From contig CBDFIJ010000004.1 of assembly GCA_965248055.1 (NCBI GenBank), forward strand, positions 2,432,001-2,496,000: DNA of 64,000 nt, read 5' to 3'. This document shows, piece by piece, positions 18,245 to 27,926 of the stretch. The position numbers and the translations under genes are program-made. The notes under the pieces were generated by a model. It made no database searches and was not told where the DNA came from. It was given only the letters and a program-made list of their open reading frames with translations. Origin of the DNA: Candidatus Multivoradales bacterium (lineage in GTDB: Bacteria > Acidobacteriota > Thermoanaerobaculia > Multivoradales > JAHEKO01). Position 1 is the stretch's first letter; the number at the start of each line of letters is the position of its first letter.

Positions 18245-19479
18245 ACCGGGAATCCTCGGCACAAGTCACGGACCTGTGATTCGATCGAGGACAGCAAGGA
18301 ATCGTTCTCCGGGTCGTGGATGATTTGAGAGATCCAGTCGGCGATTTGGCTCACCTCGCCATCGCCCATACCCCGTGTCGTGATCGCCGCGCTGCCGATA
18401 CGAATGCCCGAGGCGACCATCGGCGGCAATGGGTCAAAGGGGATGGTGTTTTTGTTGACCGTGATTCCTGCTCGATCCAATGCCGCTTCCACCACCTTAC
18501 CGGTGGTGTCAGCCGAGGCAACATCTACCAAGAAAACATGGTTGTCAGTACCACCGGAAACGATCCGTAGTCCGCGTTGACCAAGTTCTGCGGCCAGGTT
18601 CTGTGCGTTGGCGACTAGCTGCCGCTGGTAGCCCGCGAAATCGGCTCCGGCGGCCTCCTTTAGCGCCACCGCTTTCGCGGCGATGATGTGCATCATCGGC
18701 CCGCCTTGAATCCCCGGGAAAACCGCTCGGTCAATCGATTTCTTGTGCGCGCGTCGGGTCAGGATCAAACCGCCCCGAGGACCGCGGAGAGTCTTATGCG
18801 TTGTCGTGGTGACGAAATCACAGTGAGGCACCGGCGAGGGATGGATCCCGGTGGCAACCAGGCCAGCAATGTGGGCGATGTCCGCCATCAGCAAAGAGCC
18901 ACACTGGTCGGCGATTTTTCGGAAGCGGGCGAAGTCAATGACCCGGCTATAGGCCGACGCTCCACAGACGATCATTTTCGGTCGTTCTTTGAGTGCCAGG
19001 CCGGCGACTTCGTCGTAGTCAATGCGCTCGTTATCCCGATCGACGCCGTATGACACCACTTCGAAATCGCGCCCGGAATAAGACAGAGGATGACCATGGG
19101 TCAAATGGCCGCCACTGGCCAGGTCCATTCCCATCAACTTTTCGCCGGGACGAAGGGCGGAGAAGTAGACTGCCATGTTGGCTGAAGTACCGCTGTGAGG
19201 TTGGACGTTGGCGTGCTCTGCGCCAAACAGGGCTTGTGCTCGGTCGATCGCTAACTGCTCACCGATGTCGACGAACTCACAGCCACCGTAATAACGGCGT
19301 CCTGGATAACCCTCGGCATACTTGTTGGTGAGTACCGAACCAGTGGCTTCCAGTACCGCCTGGCTGACAAAATTTTCGGAGGCGATTAGCTCCAGTCCGT
19401 CCCGCTGACGCGATCGTTCGCCGACGATCGCCGCGTAGACTTCTGGATCTGCTTGTCCGAGAGGAGGTCCGAGACCCAC
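18241..19479 (-). CDS. glyA: serine hydroxymethyltransferase
   Basis: [35 protein letters not shown]. Confidence 0.98.
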   Translation of the reverse strand: MGLGPPLGQADPEVYAAIVGERSRQRDGLELIASENFVSQAVLEATGSVLTNKYAEGYPGRRYYGGCEFVDIGEQLAIDRAQALFGAEHANVQPHSGTSANMAVYFSALRPGEKLMGMDLASGGHLTHGHPLSYSGRDFEVVSYGVDRDNERIDYDEVAGLALKERPKMIVCGASAYSRVIDFARFRKIADQCGSLLMADIAHIAGLVATGIHPSPVPHCDFVTTTTHKTLRGPRGGLILTRRAHKKSIDRAVFPGIQGGPMMHIIAAKAVALKEAAGADFAGYQRQLVANAQNLAAELGQRGLRIVSGGTDNHVFLVDVASADTTGKVVEAALDRAGITVNKNTIPFDPLPPMVASGIRIGSAAITTRGMGDGEVSQIADWISQIIHDPENDSLLSSIESQVRDLCRGFPV

Positions 19480-19483
19480 CGGA

Positions 19484-19882
19484 TCAGGTCTTCTTGGTCG
19501 TGGTTTTCTTGGTCGCTGTTTTCTTGGCTACGATTTTCTTGCTAGCAGCCTTCTTCTTGGTCGCAGTCTTTTTGGCGGCAGTTTTCTTAGCTACCGTCTT
19601 TTTAGCTGCGGTTTTCTTGCTAGTCGCTTTCTTCGCGGTGGTTTTCTTGGTCGTGGTTTTCTTGGCCGCTGTTTTCTTGGCTACGGTTTTCTTGCTAGCA
19701 GCCTTCTTCTTGGCAGCAGTCTTTTTGGTGACTTTCTTCTCCGCCGAAGTCTTCGCGTTAGCACCTCGGGCACGTTTCGACCCTGAACGCCGCGCCTTGG
19801 CGATCTCCTCACGGCGCTTACGTTTGAGGCGCTTCTGGCGCCGTTGACGGCGACGTTTTAGTTCTCGATCTTTTTCACGCAT
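19484..19882 (-). CDS. histone H1-like Lys/Ala/Thr repeat protein with Arg-rich N-terminus
   Basis: 132 aa; AAGGA RBS; KKTxA-type pentapeptide repeats. Confidence 0.85.
   Translation of the reverse strand: MREKDRELKRRRQRRQKRLKRKRREEIAKARRSGSKRARGANAKTSAEKKVTKKTAAKKKAASKKTVAKKTAAKKTTTKKTTAKKATSKKTAAKKTVAKKTAAKKTATKKKAASKKIVAKKTATKKTTTKKT
19491..19713. repeat. 70-bp direct repeat within a 15-bp-period coding tandem repeat
   Basis: 19491-19560 vs 19644-19713: 68/70 identical, offset 153 bp (51 codons). Confidence 0.9.
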
Positions 19883-20069
19883 GTTGGTCCTTTCAGTTTG
19901 CTCTGCAGAGCTGGTTCAATGCACAAGATTCGACGCACAAGAATCGTAGTCTCCAGCCCGCGCAGGACGGCGTGAGCTTGTCGAACCGCCCGGAGGCTGT
20001 CAAGCGATGGGTCGGAGGCGTTTCCTGTTCTCGCCGGTTCTTGATCTCAATGCCAGCGGTGACTTTGTC

Positions 20070-21632
20070 TCAGAGGGGGAGATTGCCGTGTTTTTTGGCC
20101 GGGACGGATTGGCGTTTCGCCGACAGTTGCCGCAGGGAGCGAATGATGGCAAACCGGGTGTCGGCGGGTTCAATCACAGCGTCGACAAACCCTCTTTCGG
20201 TGGCGATGTAGGGATTGGAGAACTTCTCGCGATACTCATCGACTTTGGATTGCCTGAGTTGGTCCGGATCGTCTGCCTCTTTGAGGTCTTTGCGGTAGAG
20301 AATGTTGACCGCTCCTTCAGAGCCCATCACCGCGATCTCGGCCGTCGGATAGGCAAAGTTGACGTCGGTGCGCAAATGCTTGGAGGCCATAACGCAATAG
20401 GCGCCGCCATAGGCTTTGCGGGTGATTACGGTGATCTTGGGTACCGTTGCTTCAGCATAAGCGAACAGCAATTTGGCTCCGTGCTTGATGATTCCGCCAA
20501 ACTCCTGCTGCGTTCCAGGCAGAAATCCTGGGACGTCTTCAAAGGTGACCAACGGCAGGTTGAAGGCATCGCAGAAGCGCACGAATCGAGCCCCTTTGAG
20601 CGAAGCATCTATATCGAGTACTCCAGCTTGGTAGGCTGGCTGATTGGCGACGATCCCGACCGCTCTGCCGCCGAAACGGGCAAAGCCGACCACAATGTTG
20701 CGGGCATATTCCGCGTGGACCTCGAGGAATGCGCCGTCGTCAACTACTTTGGAAATTAGCTGGTGGACGTCGTAAGGACGATTAGGGTCGGTCGGGACCA
20801 GATCATTGAGTTCGGGTACCTGTCGGTCTTCTGGGTCGTCGGTGGGCTGCGCCGGCGGATCGTCAAGATTGTTCGAGGGTAGGTAGCGCAGCAGCTCTCG
20901 GATCCGGGCGAGACAGGCGGCATCATCGCTGTCGGTGAAGTGACAAACACCGCTCTTCGATGCGTGAGTGTGCGCTCCGCCCAGTTCTTCTTTGGTGACC
21001 TCCTCGTGGGTCACTGTGCGAATGACGTCGGGGCCGGTGACGAACATGTAACTGGTTTCTTCGACCATCAGGACGAAGTCCGTGATGGCGGGTGAGTACA
21101 CCGCACCGCCAGCACAAGGGCCCATAATCGCGCTGATCTGAGGTACAACGCCTGAAGCCAGGGTGTTGCGTAGGAAGATGTCGGCGTATCCGCCCAAGGA
21201 CGCGACACCTTCTTGGATGCGGGCGCCGCCTGAATCATTGAGACCGATAATCGGCGCTCCGTTCTCCATCGCTAGGTCCATAATTTTGCAAATCTTCTCG
21301 GCGTTGGTCTCAGATAGAGAACCTCCAAACACGGTGAAATCTTGGGCAAACAGATAGACCAATCTCTGATCTATGGTCCCATAACCGCAGACCACACCAT
21401 CTCCGGGTATCTGCTGTCGTTCCATGCCAAAATCATGACAACGGTGGGTTACCAAAGCGTCGACCTCGACAAAGGTGCCCGGGTCGAGCAATAACTCGAC
21501 CCGTTCATGGGCGGTCATCTTGCCCGCGGCGTGCTGTCGCTCGACGCGTTCGGCTCCGCCACCCTGGCGAGATGCGGCAAGCCGCTGCTGATATTCAGTG
21601 ATCAAATCATCCGAGAAGCGAGACTGAGACAT
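20070..21632 (-). CDS. pccB: acyl-CoA (propionyl/methylmalonyl-CoA) carboxylase carboxyltransferase subunit
   Basis: [48 protein letters not shown]. Confidence 0.93.
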   Translation of the reverse strand: MSQSRFSDDLITEYQQRLAASRQGGGAERVERQHAAGKMTAHERVELLLDPGTFVEVDALVTHRCHDFGMERQQIPGDGVVCGYGTIDQRLVYLFAQDFTVFGGSLSETNAEKICKIMDLAMENGAPIIGLNDSGGARIQEGVASLGGYADIFLRNTLASGVVPQISAIMGPCAGGAVYSPAITDFVLMVEETSYMFVTGPDVIRTVTHEEVTKEELGGAHTHASKSGVCHFTDSDDAACLARIRELLRYLPSNNLDDPPAQPTDDPEDRQVPELNDLVPTDPNRPYDVHQLISKVVDDGAFLEVHAEYARNIVVGFARFGGRAVGIVANQPAYQAGVLDIDASLKGARFVRFCDAFNLPLVTFEDVPGFLPGTQQEFGGIIKHGAKLLFAYAEATVPKITVITRKAYGGAYCVMASKHLRTDVNFAYPTAEIAVMGSEGAVNILYRKDLKEADDPDQLRQSKVDEYREKFSNPYIATERGFVDAVIEPADTRFAIIRSLRQLSAKRQSVPAKKHGNLPL

Positions 21633-21690
21633 GGATTCTTGTCCTTCGATCTGGGGGTTTCGCCGCAGCTATGGCACAATCCGACCTCGC

Positions 21691-22995
21691 ATGCAGCTAG
21701 TGATTGATGCTTCAGCCGTCGCCCGCAGTTTGTCACAGGTCGCCGCTGATCCTGACCAAGCGGAAGTCTTTATCGAGGCGGTCGAAGTAACCAGACTTGG
21801 ACCGACTGGGAGTCCACAGGTGCGCAGAGAATCTGGCTTTGCCGTGCGGGTGCGCGATCAGCAGCGACTGCGCATGGCATCAGAGGACAGTCTCGATACG
21901 GCGGCCTTTGAAAGAGCGTTTCGTTCGGTTGCTTCGGTACGTCCTCAGGCTCCCTACCGCGCTCCCGAAGGGCGCTGTGAGTGGGGAGATGATCCATCAA
22001 CAGCCACGCTCAGAGATTTCCGACGCCAGCTGAAGGCAGGTCTCGCCCGACGACAGGTTTCGGTGGACTACGGGCTGTCTGTTGAACATTTCCGCAGGAC
22101 GATTCTGGTGGTTGGAACGCAGGTGACCCAGCCCGAACAGACGGAAGACTTCTATTCTTTTCGCATCGATCTGCCGTGGGGCTCTTTGGGTCGGTTGAGC
22201 GTCAGCCTGGATCAGTCGGTGTGTGATCAGGTTGAGCGTCTGGTTGCCGCAGCGGTGCGCTCTGCCTCGGCAGGAGCTATTCCTAGCGGTCGCACCAATC
22301 TTCTACTTTCTCCCCAGGTGGCAGGAGTGCTGTTTCACGAGGCGGTTGGTCATGCTTTGGAAGCGGACGTTCTGGCTCGCACCGGAGCGGTGGATGGAGC
22401 CCGTGGAGTACCGCTGGCGAATTCAATTTTGAGCGTATTGGACGATCCCGGTGCTGGTCTGGAAGCAGTGGCAAGGGGTACTGACGATGAGGGTTCTCCG
22501 GTTTGCCGCCGCTGGTTGGTGCGCAGGGGGGTGGTTGAGGAAGCAGTGGCAGACTCCCGGTGGGCAAACCTGGTGGAGACTTTGCGCGCCGGATCAGGGC
22601 GAGTTTCAGATCGCCATCAACACCCGGCACCACGCATCCACCACCTGGTGGTGCTGCCTGGAAATACCTCTTGGAATGAGATGTTGGTGGCTGCCGAAGG
22701 TGGGTGGTTTGTCCCGGAAGTGGTGAGTGGGCACCTGGACGCCCACTCGGGGGTGGTTGAGATGGTGTTTGGCTGGGGTCGCAGAGTAGAGGGCGGAAAA
22801 ATTGGAGCTGCCGTTGGTCGTTTTCGGTTGCGTATGCACTTGGGAGAGTTATTGACCCAGGTCGCCTTGCTAGGAGATCGTGCCTCGTTTTCCGGGGCTG
22901 GGTGGTGCGCCAAAGACGGACACCGATTGCCAGTTTGGGCGACTACGCCTGCCGTCTTATTGCGAGATGTCGAGGTTGAACCGTGTCTGAGTTGA
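21691..22995 (+). CDS. tldD: TldD family metalloprotease
   Basis: FHEAVGHALE (HExxGH), DDEG, C-terminal WCAKDG Cys-ligand motif. Confidence 0.85.
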   Translation: MQLVIDASAVARSLSQVAADPDQAEVFIEAVEVTRLGPTGSPQVRRESGFAVRVRDQQRLRMASEDSLDTAAFERAFRSVASVRPQAPYRAPEGRCEWGDDPSTATLRDFRRQLKAGLARRQVSVDYGLSVEHFRRTILVVGTQVTQPEQTEDFYSFRIDLPWGSLGRLSVSLDQSVCDQVERLVAAAVRSASAGAIPSGRTNLLLSPQVAGVLFHEAVGHALEADVLARTGAVDGARGVPLANSILSVLDDPGAGLEAVARGTDDEGSPVCRRWLVRRGVVEEAVADSRWANLVETLRAGSGRVSDRHQHPAPRIHHLVVLPGNTSWNEMLVAAEGGWFVPEVVSGHLDAHSGVVEMVFGWGRRVEGGKIGAAVGRFRLRMHLGELLTQVALLGDRASFSGAGWCAKDGHRLPVWATTPAVLLRDVEVEPCLS

Positions 22996-24344
22996 CCCAG
23001 TCTACAACTGACGCTGAACGTCAAGACCCAGTGGACTTGGCCCAGGAACTAGCGCGACGAGAACGCTTGACCGATGTCGAGCTATACCGCAAATCGGGGA
23101 GAAGCCGAGTTTTTGTTGTCGAGACGCAGAGGCAAGCGGGCGAAGACCAACCAGTCAGAATCCGCCAGCAGGCCCGAGACCGTACGGAATCAGGTTGGGC
23201 AATTCGCTACGGGAACAAGCGCGGTTCGGGCTTCCAAAGTGGTACTGGGGAGCTACCGGCTCAGCCGGTCTTAGATCGCCCCCACGGCTACCCCCTCGAT
23301 CTCCCTCAAGAAGTTGGGGATGAGGTACCGATTCAGGAGTCAGCGGCGCTTCTTACTGAGACCATCGCGCTGCGGGCGGTGGATCGTTTAAGCCGAGTTC
23401 TTCCCCCACCGAAGATTGCGCGACGATTAGAAATTCAAGATGGGGAAGCGCATAGCACTCTGGCCAACAACCATGGAGTATTCCATCGCTGGCACCATCG
23501 AGTGGGTTCGATTTTGCTGGAAGAAAGGCTCGCATCGGGGATGGTGTTGCGTTTGAGTTCCGTTGCGGCTGACGCGGCAAGCGCGGTGGCCGAGGCCGAA
23601 AAATCCTGGCTGCAGCCTTTGGTGCAAGCCTCACAAGTGCGCGGCAGTGATGTTTCGGATCAGCTGACCGAGCGCGTGAGTGCGGTTGTTCTAGCGCCAG
23701 CGGCAGCGCCGTTCTTAGCCGCTGCGATGAGTTCCTGGTTTTCTTCCGCCAGTTCGGATCAACCTCGATTGGTGGCCAATCCTGTAGTCCAGGTGTCTGA
23801 CGCTCCAGACTGGCCACAGGGCCCGCTGAGCGTCACTGTTGACGGGCGAGGCCAACCCTTGCAGCACAGAGCGATCGTCGCTGATGGTGAGATCCAAGGC
23901 TCGGTATGGACCGACTCGGATCGCCCTTGGGTTCGCCACGGGTGGCGAGACCTACCCCAGCCGGGATTTCACCAACCTATCTGGATGCCCGGGGTTGCTG
24001 CGGTTGAAGAGCTAATCGCGGGGGTTGGCGAAGGCTGGTTGTTGACCGCCGCAGTTGAAGTGCCAGTCACTGCATCGCGGGCTAGGCCGATGGCTTGTAT
24101 AGGAGTCAAGATCGTCGACGGGCAGGTCGCGGAAGGAGCAGATGCTCGCGCCCGGGTGATTGTGGTGCAAGCTGAGGCGTCCGAATTTTGCCGAGGAATT
24201 CGTGAACTGGCAGCCGATCTGCGGTTCGTGCCGACCGGATTCGGGGTGTTGGGGATACCGGCGATGCGTATTGAGGGACTGCGGCTTTCGACGGTGGTGT
24301 CTCGGGCGGCACCCGAGATGACGATCGACGCTAGCTCCGATTAA
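22983..24344 (+). CDS. PmbA/TldE-like non-catalytic partner (divergent)
   Basis: Overlaps tldD, similar size; DGRG (DGEG-like) and C-terminal GIPAMRIEGL; no HExxH. Confidence 0.6.
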   Translation: MSELTQSTTDAERQDPVDLAQELARRERLTDVELYRKSGRSRVFVVETQRQAGEDQPVRIRQQARDRTESGWAIRYGNKRGSGFQSGTGELPAQPVLDRPHGYPLDLPQEVGDEVPIQESAALLTETIALRAVDRLSRVLPPPKIARRLEIQDGEAHSTLANNHGVFHRWHHRVGSILLEERLASGMVLRLSSVAADAASAVAEAEKSWLQPLVQASQVRGSDVSDQLTERVSAVVLAPAAAPFLAAAMSSWFSSASSDQPRLVANPVVQVSDAPDWPQGPLSVTVDGRGQPLQHRAIVADGEIQGSVWTDSDRPWVRHGWRDLPQPGFHQPIWMPGVAAVEELIAGVGEGWLLTAAVEVPVTASRARPMACIGVKIVDGQVAEGADARARVIVVQAEASEFCRGIRELAADLRFVPTGFGVLGIPAMRIEGLRLSTVVSRAAPEMTIDASSD

Positions 24345-25153
24345 GAATTGTCTTGGTCGGCGAGTCGGCGTGCTCTTCGCCGTCGCCGCTGCTCCATGGT
24401 CGGCTCGGCTGGTTCGGCCCCGGGCTCGGCGTTGTCGGGACTCTGAGACACTGGAACTGAGGCCGCTGGGTCCACCGACGCTGCCGGTTCTACCGGGGCT
24501 TTCTCCCCGGTTTGCGGGTTCGGGACCAGTTGCTCTGCCGTCGTGTCCAACGATCTTTCTCCAGATTGAGCTTGGCCGTTCTCTAGGGTTTCTTCGAGCA
24601 ACAACTCACGGATTTCAGCTGGCTCGGCGAAACGCGGCTCGCGCACAAGTTCTCCAGAGCCTGGATCCGCGTGGAGCAATGCTCTGGTCGCGAGTTGGTT
24701 TTCCACGATTAATGGGTTTACTTCGGGAAACAACAACGATGGGCCCAGTTCAAAGGCACGGGCGTAATGGTTGATGGCTTTCCGATCTCGAGCTAAGCGC
24801 TGATAAGCCTCGCCCAGCCGGTAGTGGATCCAGGGGTCTCGTTCGTTGGTTGCCAGGGCTCGGTGCAGCAGCTTTCTGGCGCGGGGGGGGTCGTGGTCCA
24901 GCTCAACCACTCCAGCGTTATACAACGCCGTAGCGTTGTCCGGATCCAGTTCGATCGCAGTGTTGAAAGCGCTGAGCGCTGGAAGCTGCTCTCCGTTCGC
25001 CAGCAGCAGCGCGCCCAGGTCGTTCCAGGCTGCCGCGGAAGGGTCGTTTTCGACTCGCCAACGCTGATGCGCCAAGGCACTTTGATAGTTTGGGGCCGCG
25101 TTGGCCTGTGCTGAGAAGAGGAGAGTAAGAGCGATGACAGCAAATCGAATCAT
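24341..25153 (-). CDS. exported TPR protein
   Basis: Signal peptide (..AQANA); three TPR units (WNDLGA, LYNAGV, HYRLGE). Confidence 0.85.
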   Translation of the reverse strand: MIRFAVIALTLLFSAQANAAPNYQSALAHQRWRVENDPSAAAWNDLGALLLANGEQLPALSAFNTAIELDPDNATALYNAGVVELDHDPPRARKLLHRALATNERDPWIHYRLGEAYQRLARDRKAINHYARAFELGPSLLFPEVNPLIVENQLATRALLHADPGSGELVREPRFAEPAEIRELLLEETLENGQAQSGERSLDTTAEQLVPNPQTGEKAPVEPAASVDPAASVPVSQSPDNAEPGAEPAEPTMEQRRRRRARRLADQDNS

Positions 25154-25668
25154 GGTGTGGATTCCTCGACAATACGGGCGCTGAGTTTGTAGCTATTGGC
25201 CTCGCGGCGCAGAAAGTAGACCACGGTTTGGAGATTGGTACGAGAACGAATACGGTGCGCTTCGCTTACCAGGAAACGGTGAAAGGCCTCGTGGGTGGTG
25301 GTTGCGTTGTTGGAGTAAATGGCGTCGAACAGAGGTCGAGTCTGGTCGAGAGGCGTGGCGTCATCAACAATCACTTCATGATTCGGTACCACGCGAGTGA
25401 CTGCGCGGTCCCCACGTTGCCCCGAAGAGCGTAGGCTGTGTCCGAAGTGTTCGCGCAGCGCGTTGAAGCGCCCTTCGAGTCCGCGCAGCCGAAATTGGTC
25501 GACCGTGGAGTTGCCGGAGGCCGCTTGTAGATTTCGAATCTGCAAGGCCAACGAGACCTCCACCGGTTCCGGTGGGGTGTCGGTTGCCCCTCCTAGGAAT
25601 CGGCGCCATTCGATCTCATACTGGCGAATCGAGAATTCCAGTTGAGTGAGTTGGTCGGGTATGGACAT
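25150..25668 (-). CDS. MXAN_5187 C-terminal-like domain protein
   Basis: LE..IRQYEIEWRRFLGG..PP and NSTVDQFRL..LEGRFN pattern resemble the family from memory; no search run. Confidence 0.6.
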   Translation of the reverse strand: MSIPDQLTQLEFSIRQYEIEWRRFLGGATDTPPEPVEVSLALQIRNLQAASGNSTVDQFRLRGLEGRFNALREHFGHSLRSSGQRGDRAVTRVVPNHEVIVDDATPLDQTRPLFDAIYSNNATTTHEAFHRFLVSEAHRIRSRTNLQTVVYFLRREANSYKLSARIVEESTP

Positions 25669-25740
25669 GAATTAGATCGACGTTAGAGTTAACCTCGCGC
25701 AGACCAGACGACGAATCTAGCTACACACTCGACGAAAAGC

Positions 25741-27099
25741 ATGAGCAAGACTCATACCCCAAACTCATCGCACTCCGAGCGCCGCAATTTGCCGTCGGTG
25801 GATCGGGTGCTAGGTACTGGGGTGATCGTCTCGCTACAGCAAGTATATGGGCGCACCGCGGTCCGCGAGGCGGTACGTAGCAGGCTGGAGGAGAGCCGCC
25901 GAAATCTAACTCGATTTCCAGAAAACGATGACGAAGTGGCGCGCGATGTCGAATCGGCGCTGATCGCGCGGTTTGGACCGCCGCTTCAGCGGGTGATCAA
26001 TGCTACCGGTATTTTGGTGCATACCAATCTCGGGCGATCCCCCCTCCCGAGCTGGGCCGCAGATCGCTTGGCTGGTTTGGTCGATGCTTACTGTGATCTG
26101 GAGTTTGATCTTTCGAGCGGTCATCGAGGGGACCGTAACCATCGGGTCGAAGCATTACTTTGTGCGTTAACCGAAGCTCCTGCTGCTTTGGTGGTCAATA
26201 ACAACGCCGCTGCGGTGTTTTTGTCTTTGATGACCTTTGCCAAAGGGAAAGAAGTGTTGATCTCGCGCGGTGAAATGGTTGAGATCGGCGGATCCTTTCG
26301 GGTGCCGGAGATCATTGAGGCGAGTGGGGCTAGCCTGGTGGAGGTGGGAACCACCAATCGCACCCGGATTACCGACTACCAGCAGGCGATTACTGACAGC
26401 GCGGCGGTCTTGCTTAAAGTCAATCCGAGCAACTACCGAATCGAGGGGTTTACCGCGAGTGTGCCAACTGAGGAACTAGTCGCCTTGGGGCAGCGTCGTG
26501 GGCTCCGGGTGATTGTTGATGAGGGCAGTGGTCTGCTGGTTCGTTCATCGAGAGACCAGCTCAACGATCATCAAAGCCTTGCCGAGTTGGTACAGTGCGG
26601 CGTTGATTTGGCTTGCGGGTCCGGCGACAAGCTCATGGGCGGGCCTCAAGCGGGGATCATGGTGGGAACCCGGGAGATGATCGCAAGTTGTCGAAAATCA
26701 CCGATGTATCGGGCGCTCAGGCCGAGTCGTTTAACGCTGCTAGTTCTGCGGATGGTGCTTGAGGGCCATCTGCGCGGAGCGGAGTTCCCCTTGCAGTCGT
26801 TGTGGCCAGAAAACAGCGACCTGCGCCGACGCTTGACCACATTGCAAGAAAAGGTCGGTGGTTCGATTGTTGAAAGAGATGCTTTCGTTGGCGGGGGCTC
26901 GGCGGCGCAACGAGGAATTTCGGGTCCGGTATTGGCGATCGAAGGTGGTGAAGCATTGCAGGTCGAACTGCGCACGGCGGACCCTTCGGTGGTTACCTAT
27001 GTGCGAGATGACTTGGTGCATGTGGATCTGCGGACGGTGAATCCGCGTGACGAGGATCAAGTGGTCTCTGCATTTGCTGCCGTGCGAGCCTTGGATTGA
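25741..27099 (+). CDS. selA: L-seryl-tRNA(Sec) selenium transferase
   Basis: VINATG..HTNLGR, VNNNAAA, SRGEMVEIGGSFR, EVGTTNRT, SGDKLMGGPQAG. Confidence 0.95.
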   Translation: MSKTHTPNSSHSERRNLPSVDRVLGTGVIVSLQQVYGRTAVREAVRSRLEESRRNLTRFPENDDEVARDVESALIARFGPPLQRVINATGILVHTNLGRSPLPSWAADRLAGLVDAYCDLEFDLSSGHRGDRNHRVEALLCALTEAPAALVVNNNAAAVFLSLMTFAKGKEVLISRGEMVEIGGSFRVPEIIEASGASLVEVGTTNRTRITDYQQAITDSAAVLLKVNPSNYRIEGFTASVPTEELVALGQRRGLRVIVDEGSGLLVRSSRDQLNDHQSLAELVQCGVDLACGSGDKLMGGPQAGIMVGTREMIASCRKSPMYRALRPSRLTLLVLRMVLEGHLRGAEFPLQSLWPENSDLRRRLTTLQEKVGGSIVERDAFVGGGSAAQRGISGPVLAIEGGEALQVELRTADPSVVTYVRDDLVHVDLRTVNPRDEDQVVSAFAAVRALD

Positions 27100-27130
27100 T
27101 GGAACGAGTCGAAGGCGAAAATGGTCGTCG

Positions 27131-27916
27131 CTAGTACAGACCAACGTAAGCGGCGACGATCTGGGGTCCATAGAACAACGCCACGGCGCCTCCGATGGCG
27201 AGAAACACGCCAAATGGGATCTTAGATTTCCAGCCCGCTCTGCCAAATAACATCATCGCGATTCCAACCACCGCGCCGGTAGTGGTTGCTACCGCCAGGG
27301 CAACGACCCCGTTTTGCCACCCGAGGAATGCCCCCAGCATCGCCATCATGTTGACGTCGCCCAATCCCATAGATTCTTCTTCGCGAATCCAATACCAAGT
27401 GTTGATTAGCAGGATCAGGGCGCCGGCGCCGCCTAGCGCACCGATCAACGAGTGAGCGAAATGCCCGTTGGGGATCCACGGTTGCAGCAGGACACCTAGT
27501 GCGACGCCGGGCAGAGTAATTAAGTCGGGGAGGATCATGTGTTCGAAGTCGATCACCGCCAATGCAAGAAGAGCGGAGAGAAAGACCGCAGCGATCCAGC
27601 CACTGGAGTCAAAACCAAAATGCCACGCCGCGACCACGAACAGGGTCCCGGTCGCTAACTCAATCATCGGATAGCGCGTCCCGATCGGTTCTCGGCAATG
27701 ACGGCACTTGCCGCCAAGGATCAAGTAGGAGAGAACCGGGATGTTGTCCCAGAAGCGAATCGGTTGCTCGCAGCGGCGGCAGCGAGACGACGGACGCCAC
27801 AACGACTGTTCTTGAGGCAGGCGCAGAATCACCACATTCAAGAAACTTCCGACGATTAGCCCGACGACAAAGAAATAGCCGAGCGCGACAGCGGGTGGCA
27901 GAGCAGCGAGTGACAT
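27131..27916 (-). CDS. pilD: prepilin peptidase/N-methyltransferase
   Basis: GSFLNVVI.RLP, two CxxC, IDFEHMILPD, MGLGD, IPFGVFL. Confidence 0.95.
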   Translation of the reverse strand: MSLAALPPAVALGYFFVVGLIVGSFLNVVILRLPQEQSLWRPSSRCRRCEQPIRFWDNIPVLSYLILGGKCRHCREPIGTRYPMIELATGTLFVVAAWHFGFDSSGWIAAVFLSALLALAVIDFEHMILPDLITLPGVALGVLLQPWIPNGHFAHSLIGALGGAGALILLINTWYWIREEESMGLGDVNMMAMLGAFLGWQNGVVALAVATTTGAVVGIAMMLFGRAGWKSKIPFGVFLAIGGAVALFYGPQIVAAYVGLY

Positions 27917-27926
27917 GAACAGGATG

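Noticed and set aside
19491-19740. CRISPR-like periodicity
   Set aside because: 15-bp coding repeats without unique spacers; no cas genes in the window.
19494-19847. 117-aa hydrophobic repeat ORF on the + strand (VFLAAVFL..)
   Set aside because: Antisense shadow of the Lys-rich repeat gene, which has an RBS and fits the glyA operon.
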